Origin: an uncultured archaeon
Lineage (GTDB): Archaea > Asgardarchaeota > Heimdallarchaeia > Heimdallarchaeales > Kariarchaeaceae
Direction: 5' to 3'
Length of the DNA: 64,000 nt
Assembly: GCA_964645535.1 (NCBI GenBank)
Contig: CAZYCQ010000009.1
Location: 1 to 64,000 of the forward strand
Both the position numbers and the translations under genes were made by a program. Below, piece by piece: positions 18,526 to 27,144 of this stretch. The first letter of the stretch is position 1. Each line of letters opens with the position of its first letter. The notes under the pieces are model-generated. The model was not told where the DNA came from. It searched no databases and was given only the letters and a program-made list of their open reading frames with translations.

Positions 18526-21198
18526 ATGGCTAAAAAAAAGTATCTGACTGTGACTGAATTAAGGGATCAACTGAATGCCTATATGGAACGAGAGGATCGT
18601 CTTGTTCCTGTCGAAATTATTGAACAGCTTGAGGATAAAATCCTCCAAAGGGCCTCGGAAATTGCCAAGAAAAAGAAAGAGAATGCTGCCGGAAAAACAT
18701 ACATCACCCAAGAGCAGTTGGATCAGTTGATGATCGAAATCTTTCGTTCCTATACTTTTGCGGAGATGGAGCCTGGGACTTCTGCTGGGGTGGTTTCCGC
18801 ACAAAGTATTGGAGAACCGGGAACCCAAATGTCACTGAGTGGCGATGAACTTGTCTTGATTATGGATGAAAATGTTGTTCAAAGTGTTAGAATCGGTGAG
18901 TTCATTGATGAATTGCTTGAGAGTAAATCTGCAAAGGTGAATGGAGAGACTGCAATACTGGATTTCCCTCCTCATCATCCAATTTTTGTTCCTGCAATAT
19001 CGGATGATGAGACCATCGCTTGGAAACGATTGAGGCAGGTCTCACGACATGCTCCAAATGGTGATCTCATTCGAGTTAAAACTAAATCTGGTCGTCAAAT
19101 AATTGCTACTCCAAGCCATTCCTTCCTTGCAAGAAAAAACAACAAAATTGTCCCTATCAGAGGTTCCGAATTGAGACCAGGGGACTTTGTTCCAATTGCA
19201 CTTGGAATTCCATCAGTCAACCCAATTTCTATAATTTACTTTGAGGAAGATTCAATTCGTCTTGGTCATACCGTAGTGGAACAGGCTTTAGTGACTCCTC
19301 AAGGTGAGATCGTTGGAGCCTCATCCCCATCCAATTCATTTTCAATTTCTCTTGATGAGACCTTTGGGTATTTCCTTGGTACACTAATAACGGTAGGTTT
19401 CAATGAAGGCGAGGATTTGGTTATTTCTACCCCTCGTCCAAATTTCTATGATGATCTTCTTTCTTATTTTGAAACAAATGGAATTGAAGTGGATCTTGCA
19501 CAAGACATTCTTGAAGGGGAACTGTATGAAATTCGTGTCCACAACGAAGATCTTGCCTACGCAGTGGATCTTCTCATTGAGGCGTTTGATGATGGAACCT
19601 CAACCCCGGTTTGGATACTCAATACCCCTCATGATTTCATAAAGGCATTTCTCCATGGTGTATTTGACCATGGGGGCGAAATTTTGGAAGGGCATATCTC
19701 ATTCAAATTTGCAAACCATGATTTCATCATGCTTCTAACCCATTTAATTGGTAAGTTTGGAATTTTCACGGAAATAAGAAGAACCCCTGAATTTTCCGAA
19801 TTAATCATTCCATCCGAATTTCTCCTTTCCTTCAATGATCATATAGGGTTCCGATCTCCCAAAAAATCTAATAAATTACTCTCCCTTGTGGAACACGTCA
19901 AACGATTGGATTTGGTTCCAGGATTGGAAGAATTAATTAAGGAGTTCAATAAAAAACTTGGAACTTCATTTCCGATTGCCGATGCTCTTCCCCGCCATGA
20001 AATTGTTGGAATTATCCAAGAATCGCAGAAAATTTCCAATGAGAAAGGTGTTGACATCTCCAATGAAATCTCAATGCTTGTTCGTGCCTCTGAGAGCCCC
20101 GTCTTTTGGGATACTGTCTTAATGATTGAACATATAGAATCACCAACAAAATATGTATATGATTTTGCTGTGGATGGTTTTGAAACCTTCACCACATTTG
20201 ATGGTATTCTTACACACAATACTCTACGTACTTTCCACTTTGCGGGTGTCAGGGAGATGAATGTCACTCTCGGTCTGCCTCGTCTCATTGAATTGGTTGA
20301 TGCAAGACGTAATCCTAGCACCCCCTCAATGACCGTTGCCTTGAAGGGAGAATACGCCCATGATGAGGCAAAAGCAAAACAGGTTGCCCAAAACATTGAG
20401 CTTACTACAGTTCATAGCGTTGCCTCAGGTCTGGAAATTGACCAAATCCATCTCCGAGTGAATATTCTCTTGGATAGGGAGCTTCTTGAGGATAAGGGCA
20501 TCACTGCTGAAGATGTGCGTCAGAAAATCCTTGAAAAACGGGTTGCCAGTAAGGTCAAAGTTGAAGACAATCTGATCATTGTCACCCCTGATAAGGAAGA
20601 CCCCACACTTCAAGATCTTCAAAAACTTTCAGAGAAGCTAAGAATGATCCCGATCAAGGGGCTTCGAGGTGTGGCTCGTGTCATGATCCGCAAAAAGAAA
20701 ATTGAAGAGGGTGATGAAGAGAAGGTAGAATACCAGATCCTTACAGAAGGAAGCAACTTCAAGCAGTTGATGAGGGTACTGGGTGTTGATCCTCGTAATT
20801 CCTATACCAATCATATCCACGAAATTGCAGAAACCTTGGGCATTGAAGCAGCAAGAAATGCCATCATCAAAGAGGCAAAAGAAGTGATGGAAAAACAGGG
20901 TCTGGAGGTAGATCAGAGACATCTGATGCTTGTTGCGGATCTTATGACCTATTCTGGAGAAATCCGACAGATTGGGCGTCATGGTATCTCTGGTGAAAAT
21001 GCTTCAATTCTAGCAAGGGCTGGATTTGAAGTTACCGTCAAACACCTTTTGGATGCCTCAGTACGTGGTGAGGAAGACCATTTGGTTGGTATTATCGAAA
21101 ATGTCATCGTTGGTCAAGAAATCGCGATTGGTACTGGAATGGTGGATCTGACTATTTCACCTAACTACCGAGAATTCGCTCCTAAAAAAGAAAAATAA
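18526..21198 (+). CDS. rpoA2: DNA-directed RNA polymerase subunit A'' (Rpo1C), intein-containing
   Basis: AQSIGEPGTQM|intein|TLRTFHFAG, NVTLGLPRL.E, LGIEAAR, RH..L.AD.MT; GGAGG SD upstream. Confidence 0.97.
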   Translation: MAKKKYLTVTELRDQLNAYMEREDRLVPVEIIEQLEDKILQRASEIAKKKKENAAGKTYITQEQLDQLMIEIFRSYTFAEMEPGTSAGVVSAQSIGEPGTQMSLSGDELVLIMDENVVQSVRIGEFIDELLESKSAKVNGETAILDFPPHHPIFVPAISDDETIAWKRLRQVSRHAPNGDLIRVKTKSGRQIIATPSHSFLARKNNKIVPIRGSELRPGDFVPIALGIPSVNPISIIYFEEDSIRLGHTVVEQALVTPQGEIVGASSPSNSFSISLDETFGYFLGTLITVGFNEGEDLVISTPRPNFYDDLLSYFETNGIEVDLAQDILEGELYEIRVHNEDLAYAVDLLIEAFDDGTSTPVWILNTPHDFIKAFLHGVFDHGGEILEGHISFKFANHDFIMLLTHLIGKFGIFTEIRRTPEFSELIIPSEFLLSFNDHIGFRSPKKSNKLLSLVEHVKRLDLVPGLEELIKEFNKKLGTSFPIADALPRHEIVGIIQESQKISNEKGVDISNEISMLVRASESPVFWDTVLMIEHIESPTKYVYDFAVDGFETFTTFDGILTHNTLRTFHFAGVREMNVTLGLPRLIELVDARRNPSTPSMTVALKGEYAHDEAKAKQVAQNIELTTVHSVASGLEIDQIHLRVNILLDRELLEDKGITAEDVRQKILEKRVASKVKVEDNLIIVTPDKEDPTLQDLQKLSEKLRMIPIKGLRGVARVMIRKKKIEEGDEEKVEYQILTEGSNFKQLMRVLGVDPRNSYTNHIHEIAETLGIEAARNAIIKEAKEVMEKQGLEVDQRHLMLVADLMTYSGEIRQIGRHGISGENASILARAGFEVTVKHLLDASVRGEEDHLVGIIENVIVGQEIAIGTGMVDLTISPNYREFAPKKEK
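18832..20220 (+). mobile_element. Intein (463 aa) in RpoA'' with degenerate LAGLIDADG homing endonuclease
   Basis: Block A SLSGDE, block B IATPSH, block F YVYDF.V, block G THN followed by +1 Thr; central GYFLGTLITVG and FLHGVFDHGG helices. Confidence 0.92.
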
Positions 21199-21257
21199 CC
21201 CTCGTAATCTTAAGTAATATATAAAAACGCGAAATCCTTCAGGTAATAAGAAGCAAC

Positions 21258-21701
21258 ATGGCAAAATCAAAGAGTCCAAACGGAGAATTCGCTGCTAGGA
21301 AGCTCCTCAAAAAAAGACAAAAAATGAGATGGAAGGACATATACTATAAGAGGAGAATGCTTGGTCTGAACAAAAAAGCTGATCCCTTGGAAGGAGCACC
21401 TCAAGCAACAGGTGTTGTTCTTGACAAGTATGGTGTAGGGTCCAAACAACCCAACAGTGCTTTGAGAAAATGCGTCCGTGTTCAGTTGATTAAAAACGGC
21501 AAACAAATCGGTGCCTACGTTCCTCATGATGGTGGTCTTCTCTATATCAATGTTCATGATCAAGTTACTGTTGAAGGTATTGGTGGTGCACAAAAGGGTG
21601 CAAAAGGTGACATTCCAGGTATCAAGTGGCGTGTCATGAAAGTCAATGGTGTTGCTCTTTCGGAGCTTGTAACTGGTCGTAAGGAAAAAGCAAATCGTTA
21701 A
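21258..21701 (+). CDS. rps12: 30S ribosomal protein S12 (uS12, archaeal/S23e type)
   Basis: [33 protein letters not shown]. Confidence 0.97.
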   Translation: MAKSKSPNGEFAARKLLKKRQKMRWKDIYYKRRMLGLNKKADPLEGAPQATGVVLDKYGVGSKQPNSALRKCVRVQLIKNGKQIGAYVPHDGGLLYINVHDQVTVEGIGGAQKGAKGDIPGIKWRVMKVNGVALSELVTGRKEKANR

Positions 21702-21704
21702 AAC

Positions 21705-22334
21705 TCAACTAACTTCTTTTAGCAGATAGTATTTCTTTCTGAGTTTGAAAAATCTTTTAGCGAACTCAGTTTCACTTATTTCAACTGCATCAAACTTGTC
21801 CTCTAGCATATCCAGTTCTGTTTCAATCCCTAACAATGTATCTTCAACCAATTGCTGCTTATTTACTTCTGTAACTGGTTGATATGTTGTTTGAGCCAGT
21901 TCTGATTTCTTCTGGGCTATGATTGTTTCCAATTGCTGCTTTTGTTGTTCCAACGCGGCCTTTTGCATGTCCAAAGCAACATTGATCGGGGTTGCCGATC
22001 TTGATGGATTAAGTCTTCCCCCCTTGATCAAATTTTCCGCTTCCTTAATCACTTGAAAAACATGGTATTCTGATTTCCATCGTCTCATCTTTCGAGTATG
22101 GAGATAACCTTCTGGATCTGCTGCAGGATGTTCGCCATTCAATATACGGATTGATGGAGGACGAAACGGGAAATTGTCTGGAAGCTCAACCAAAACTTCG
22201 ACGGGTTGTCCGAAAGCGTCTGATACTCTTCCGATCCATTTGTAGAGGTTTCCATTTTTTGGGCTGAAGCCACTGTTATATCTATAGATCAGAAATGCTT
22301 CTTTGCTAAGAACTGCATCATCTGCCATTTTCAT
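21705..22334 (-). CDS. ESCRT-I Vps23/Vps37-like protein (UEV domain + coiled coil + Mod(r)/steadiness-box-like end)
   Basis: LPDNFPFRPP.I...HP..D.EG.L UBC fold without catalytic Cys; heptad coiled coil; E...L.D.F...EIS..EF.K.F..LRK.YY. Confidence 0.75.
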   Translation of the reverse strand: MKMADDAVLSKEAFLIYRYNSGFSPKNGNLYKWIGRVSDAFGQPVEVLVELPDNFPFRPPSIRILNGEHPAADPEGYLHTRKMRRWKSEYHVFQVIKEAENLIKGGRLNPSRSATPINVALDMQKAALEQQKQQLETIIAQKKSELAQTTYQPVTEVNKQQLVEDTLLGIETELDMLEDKFDAVEISETEFAKRFFKLRKKYYLLKEVS

Positions 22335-22409
22335 ACATTACTTGATTCTTACGTATTTATGTCTGTCCTTTCTCCTTTGAAATTGTACGTAAAAATTAAG
22401 TGTTAGTAT

Positions 22410-24350
22410 TCAAAAAGTTAATTTTTCTGCTTTATGTGGTGGTGTGATTGTCGAATCCAATTTTGCTTCCGTTCCTCTAGGGGAATGAACGATAACTTTG
22501 GTTCCTTCAAAGGCTTGTATCATTTGGTTCAGAGTTTCACCTGACGTGTGCCCACTCATTGATACTTTTGCAACCTTTTGCTTATATCGGGTACTTATTT
22601 TGGGATTTCCGGTAAGTAATTGATATCCTAATGTGTTTGGTGCTTGATATCCCGTCAATAGAACTCCAGTTTCTTCATCATCTGCCGTTGCATCAAGCAA
22701 TTTCCTAATGGTTCCTGCCTGCAACATTCCATTTCCTGAAATGACAATCGTGTTTTCGGTAAAATCTTCAGGGTCTATCGTTGGAACCATTTCAATCTCA
22801 TTCTTTGCTCCGTTTGGATTGTAATTGAATTGTAGCCTTCTAATTACTTTTACACCCATTCCCGCCACATAGATTTTCCATTTTGAATCAATTTTCTGGT
22901 TCAAGAGATGAAACAGGACTTCTTGTGTTCGTCCTACACTGAACGCAGGAATAAGCAATCTTTTATTCTCTTTCATCATTTGATTTACAATTCTTTGATT
23001 ATCAATTGGATCTCTTTTCCTTCCATAATAGGTTCCATCAAACATGAGAACCGTTTGATCCTCTATTGGAAATTTTGCACCCTGAAAATATGCGGTTCCA
23101 TCGGCATTGAAATCTCCGGTATAGAAGATTCTCTTTCCTGCAATATTGATGTCGAATCCTACAGATCCGAATAGATGGGATGCGTGATAGGGAGTCACCT
23201 CTACATTGGGCAAAATTGCAATGGGCTTGCCAATTTCAATTTCATTAATGTTTTGTAAGGTTCCTATGATATTCTTTTCACGAACCAATTCGCTTAAGAA
23301 ATAACTTGACTTAAGGAAATGTTTATTCCAATTTGATTTCAAAACATTGGCTGTATCTGTCCAAAGGATTTCCGAAAGAATCTTCGTTTCCTTAGTAGAA
23401 AATATTGGTGTTTCAGGTGAAATCGAATGGAAAATGGGAAGGGCACCTGAATGATCCAAATGTGCATGAGACAAAAAAATTGCGTCCACCTTATGAAATA
23501 TATGTTTCCAATGCGGGATTCTGTTGTTAAGCACACTCATTCCAAAGTCGAGAAGAATCATTCCATGCCTCGTTTTAAGCAAAATCGCAGAATGGCCAAT
23601 ATGTTCTCCCCCAGGAAAATGTATGGTTATTTGCTCCTCTATTTCTGGCCTGGAAAAGGTGAATTTCGGTAACCATTTCATCAACAGACTTTGAGGGATC
23701 TTTTCAGCCAAATTTGCATCAAAAGGTGTTTGTGGAATGTCACTAATATAATTTCCAAGGGTCTTGAAAGAAGGTGGGTATGACTTCAAAAATTCGTTTG
23801 TTGCAAAGTCCTCCTCAACTTCTTTCCAAGATTTATACTGCCTAAAGTTCCTCTTTAAAAGCTCCTCCGCAATCATGGAGGAATGATGTGGTTTTACCCA
23901 ATTCAATAATTCCCTAAGCGTTTCTGTTGGATATTCTCCAATATGAGTAAAGAATTCGCCCTCTCTTCTTTCAATTGTAGAAACCAATGCTGATATTGAT
24001 TTCAAGGAATCAGGGATTTCCCTCTCTGGAAAGATTTCCGAAAATGTTGAAACCAGAAACGAGAGATTAGGTATGCCGAAAGAAAGTTCATAATGCCATT
24101 TCTTCTGTTGATTGAACCAATCCTTATCTGTATCTTGAATTAATGAAATGAGATAGGGGATCTCTTCTGGTTTGAAAATTCCTTTTGATGCGAGGATTTT
24201 AACAAAACTTACAAACTCTTCATAGATCAGAGAACCATTTTTGAACAGAAGAAAAGATATGGGCACCAATTCTTGAATATGCTCTATCTGCTCGATAGTT
24301 TTCAGATTCCATAAAATTTCTCTGATTTCCTCAAGAACAGATTCAATCAA
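22410..24350 (-). CDS. Beta-CASP MBL-fold ribonuclease (aCPSF-like) with long N-terminal extension
   Basis: LDFG, SHAHLDHSG, SH..GS, YTGDF, PAFSVGRTQE, GYQA..TLG, SGH, VH. Confidence 0.85.
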   Translation of the reverse strand: MIESVLEEIREILWNLKTIEQIEHIQELVPISFLLFKNGSLIYEEFVSFVKILASKGIFKPEEIPYLISLIQDTDKDWFNQQKKWHYELSFGIPNLSFLVSTFSEIFPEREIPDSLKSISALVSTIERREGEFFTHIGEYPTETLRELLNWVKPHHSSMIAEELLKRNFRQYKSWKEVEEDFATNEFLKSYPPSFKTLGNYISDIPQTPFDANLAEKIPQSLLMKWLPKFTFSRPEIEEQITIHFPGGEHIGHSAILLKTRHGMILLDFGMSVLNNRIPHWKHIFHKVDAIFLSHAHLDHSGALPIFHSISPETPIFSTKETKILSEILWTDTANVLKSNWNKHFLKSSYFLSELVREKNIIGTLQNINEIEIGKPIAILPNVEVTPYHASHLFGSVGFDINIAGKRIFYTGDFNADGTAYFQGAKFPIEDQTVLMFDGTYYGRKRDPIDNQRIVNQMMKENKRLLIPAFSVGRTQEVLFHLLNQKIDSKWKIYVAGMGVKVIRRLQFNYNPNGAKNEIEMVPTIDPEDFTENTIVISGNGMLQAGTIRKLLDATADDEETGVLLTGYQAPNTLGYQLLTGNPKISTRYKQKVAKVSMSGHTSGETLNQMIQAFEGTKVIVHSPRGTEAKLDSTITPPHKAEKLTF

Positions 24351-24572
24351 ATAACCTCTTTCTTCAAAGAGTTTAATGGCACCTCCTTTATTTTTCAGTT
24401 CTATTTGGATTAGTTTGATTAAGTCTTCTTGATTTATCTTTTGTCACCAATCTGTTCTGATGACTTTATTATTTATGGATAGGCTTCCTTCAATGATCCA
24501 TATCCCGATCTATTTTCTGATGTTTGTTTATAGAGACCTTTAAGAATAAGTAATTTCCCTATTATTTAGAAA

Positions 24573-25298
24573 ATGAGCGAAGAGCAAGGCGCAGTAAAGC
24601 GAACCCTAAAATTCATAGTACAAAACATCGATAAGCTTCGGGAGCAAGTTGGTCTGAAATTTCAACAAATCGATGAGCAATTGGCTTCCTTTGGACAAGA
24701 GATAGAATCCATTAAAAGTGAAGTTCAACGGTTGCAGGCTTCCATTTCTCAACCAAAACCCACAACTGAAATTACTCAACTGGCACAACGGATCCAATCA
24801 CTTGAAACTGCTATTGCAGGATTGAAATCAAACATTTCTTCTACATCCTCCGTTTCATCATCCGTTACTCCATCACAAATTCCCACACCTCCAGTTTCAC
24901 CCCCTGTTCCTGTAAGGAAGTCCAGTCCAGCCATCCCCCCCACAACAACTCCTTCAACTCAACCATCTCCTATCCCACGGAGTCCTCCCGCAACATCATC
25001 TTCTGCTCCTGCTCCACCTCCTCCCCCACCTTCAAATCCTCCTTCTCCCCCACCTAGTGCTGGGCTTTCCGCTTCCCCACCTCCTCCTTCAACTCAACCA
25101 TCTCCTATCCCACGGAGTCCTCCCGCAACATCATCTTCTGCTCCTGCTCCACCTCCTCCCCCATCTTCAAATCCTCCTTCTCCTCCTCCCGCAACAAAGG
25201 AGAGACCTGCTTCCCCGTCATCAACTATGAAAGTTTCTGCTGATTCAGATGATAAAAAAGAACTTATGGAAGCTTTGAGAATACTTGATGACATATAG
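24573..25298 (+). CDS. Coiled-coil + polyproline-rich protein
   Basis: N-terminal heptad repeats, ~130-aa P/S/T region with PPPPPP runs, short C-terminal helix KKELMEALRILDDI. Confidence 0.75.
   Translation: MSEEQGAVKRTLKFIVQNIDKLREQVGLKFQQIDEQLASFGQEIESIKSEVQRLQASISQPKPTTEITQLAQRIQSLETAIAGLKSNISSTSSVSSSVTPSQIPTPPVSPPVPVRKSSPAIPPTTTPSTQPSPIPRSPPATSSSAPAPPPPPPSNPPSPPPSAGLSASPPPPSTQPSPIPRSPPATSSSAPAPPPPPSSNPPSPPPATKERPASPSSTMKVSADSDDKKELMEALRILDDI
24949..25183 (+). repeat. Direct repeat, two 100-nt copies (24949-25048 and 25084-25183), period 135 nt, one mismatch
   Basis: ctccttcaactcaaccatctcctatcccacggagtcctcccgcaacatcatcttctgctcctgctccacc... occurs twice in frame. Confidence 0.9.
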
Positions 25299-25347
25299 GT
25301 TCTTGTTCCATCGAAATTGTTTTTTCTCCTTTCCATTCTTCTGATTT

Positions 25348-25863
25348 GTGGACTTGACAAGTATCGATTACTCACTTACTGAAAAAATTGCCAATCTGAT
25401 CCACAAAAATTCAAAATGGAGAACTCCTATTCGAATATTTACCATGACTGGCACCTACATTTTCTGGTTCCCCCTTTTAGTGGTTTGGAATCTTCTTTTT
25501 CCGGATGACTGGCAGTTTCCTTTCTTGATAATGCAGACATGGAATATGCTGTTAGTTCAGGCAATTAAACGTATTGTCAAACGTGATAGGCCTGAATTCG
25601 GTGATTTTTCAATGGGTGTTGTTAAATTTGATGTGCACAGTTTTCCTTCGGGTCATAGTGCTCGTGCCGCAATTGTGATGATGATCATGCCCTCTCTCTT
25701 TCCGAATTTTGCTTGGTTTTGGATTCTGTGGGGTATGGCAATTATGCTTTCTCGACTGCTTTTAGGGGTTCATTATGTCAGCGACATTGTTGGTGGTTAT
25801 ATTGTGGGAATAGTCTCTCTCTTTCCTCTCTTTCTGTTCGACTATTTTGATCCCTTATTCTGA
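25348..25863 (+). CDS. PAP2 family phosphatase
   Basis: KRIVKRDRP, SFPSGH, SRLLLGVHYVSDI. Confidence 0.92.
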   Translation: MDLTSIDYSLTEKIANLIHKNSKWRTPIRIFTMTGTYIFWFPLLVVWNLLFPDDWQFPFLIMQTWNMLLVQAIKRIVKRDRPEFGDFSMGVVKFDVHSFPSGHSARAAIVMMIMPSLFPNFAWFWILWGMAIMLSRLLLGVHYVSDIVGGYIVGIVSLFPLFLFDYFDPLF

Positions 25864-26385
25864 ATTTTGATCTTCTTCATCTTTCAATTCTTCTTGGATG
25901 TCGGAAACCACTTTAGATGCTGCCATTAATAGCCATTCATGTATTTCCACATCTACGCCATCTGCCATTTCAAATATTTCCCATACACGGTCAGTTACAC
26001 GTTGAAGACTTAGTGCCTCTATTGCTTGGGATTTTGATAAACTCCCCAGCTTAGTGGTTGAAGGAATTACTATTGCAGTTGGCTTCGGATTGTATTTCCA
26101 TATAAAATCTTCCCAGAAATCTCGCCTGATTTCCCCTATATTTTCATCGGTAAGTTCCAATGCCAATACTACTGCATCTGCCTTGTTTAACTTTCCAGAG
26201 TTCCTTAAATCATGCAGTCGGCTGACTTCAATCAGATCCCAGTTAACCTTTCTTTCTTCCTTGATGATTGGGGAAAGATCAATCAGCTTTTGTAGTAATG
26301 GAGTCGTTTTACCAACCCTAATGAACAAAATATCTAGGTTATCATAACTCTTCCTTTCCAAAATGAAGTTCAATAACTGTTTCAT
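25855..26385 (-). CDS. Degenerate Arf/Arl-like small GTPase-fold protein
   Basis: GKTT remnant; ADAVVL..ELTD, P..IVI, S..Q..EALSL..V.DR.WEIF and EWL match the Arf C-terminal half; G3 and G4 motifs lost. Confidence 0.6.
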   Translation of the reverse strand: MKQLLNFILERKSYDNLDILFIRVGKTTPLLQKLIDLSPIIKEERKVNWDLIEVSRLHDLRNSGKLNKADAVVLALELTDENIGEIRRDFWEDFIWKYNPKPTAIVIPSTTKLGSLSKSQAIEALSLQRVTDRVWEIFEMADGVDVEIHEWLLMAASKVVSDIQEELKDEEDQNSE

Positions 26386-26508
26386 CTACTCATCTTTCTG
26401 ATGAACGGCTTAAATACGAATTGATTGGGTATCATTCCACTACCTACATTCTTGCATTGAATTGCAATAAAGGAAGAGATAAAAAGTGAGTAATAATCAT
26501 TAGAATAC

Positions 26509-27138
26509 GTGAAAAAAGTAATTATTGCTACATTGCTTCTTCTTATGTTCATGTCATCTCTCCCTACGCATGCCTACAGCGAAAAAAATGGTATTGAGAG
26601 AGGTGACGATGTCCGGCTTGCCTATAGGGGTGTCTTGGAAAATGGAACCGTGTTTGATCCCGGAAGTGATGACACCGTTTTCCGGAATCTCGATTACGGT
26701 AATTATATTGATGGCTTTGTGGATGAGCTTCTCGGCATGAAAATCGGTGAAAAAAAGACATTTGAGGTTCCACCTGAAAAAGGGTATACTTCTCCCAATC
26801 ATTATCTTCATGGATTGACATTGATTTTCACTGTCGAGATTCTCGGAATCGAAGGTTATGATCCGGCTTCAGACACCTCTGGCTCTGTTTCTCCCAACTT
26901 CCTCACCACTGTAGTTCGTGTGATCGGTTGGGCGTTTGGAATAGTCTTTGTTCCCATTATTCTTTTTGGTGTGTATAGATTCATTAACGAAAGTTTAGTT
27001 AACCGTTCAAGTCACATTTGCAGCATTGGAGGAGAAAAAGCTGACGGGGTTTGTGCCAACTGTGGCACTCCTTATTGCCGATCTCACTTCATAAAAGGAT
27101 GCTCACAATGTCATGGAGTAACTCTTCAACCCAAGTGA
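26509..27138 (+). CDS. FKBP-type peptidyl-prolyl isomerase with signal peptide, TM helix and C-terminal Cys/His zinc finger
   Basis: GD.V.L.Y.G.LENG.VFD, GF...LLGMK.GEK..F.VPPEKGY, TL.F.VEIL; CANC...YC..H...CSQC. Confidence 0.85.
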   Translation: MKKVIIATLLLLMFMSSLPTHAYSEKNGIERGDDVRLAYRGVLENGTVFDPGSDDTVFRNLDYGNYIDGFVDELLGMKIGEKKTFEVPPEKGYTSPNHYLHGLTLIFTVEILGIEGYDPASDTSGSVSPNFLTTVVRVIGWAFGIVFVPIILFGVYRFINESLVNRSSHICSIGGEKADGVCANCGTPYCRSHFIKGCSQCHGVTLQPK

Positions 27139-27144
27139 AGTCAA

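Noticed and set aside
18500-18530. Fused eukaryote-like RpoA by readthrough
   Set aside because: A' ends in TAG; A'' starts in a different frame with its own GGAGG SD.
24573-25298. P(S/T)AP late-domain ligand for the nearby UEV protein
   Set aside because: Only SSAP and PSAG occur; no exact motif.
25094-25375. Gly-rich minus-strand ORF
   Set aside because: Antisense mirror of the polyproline codons.
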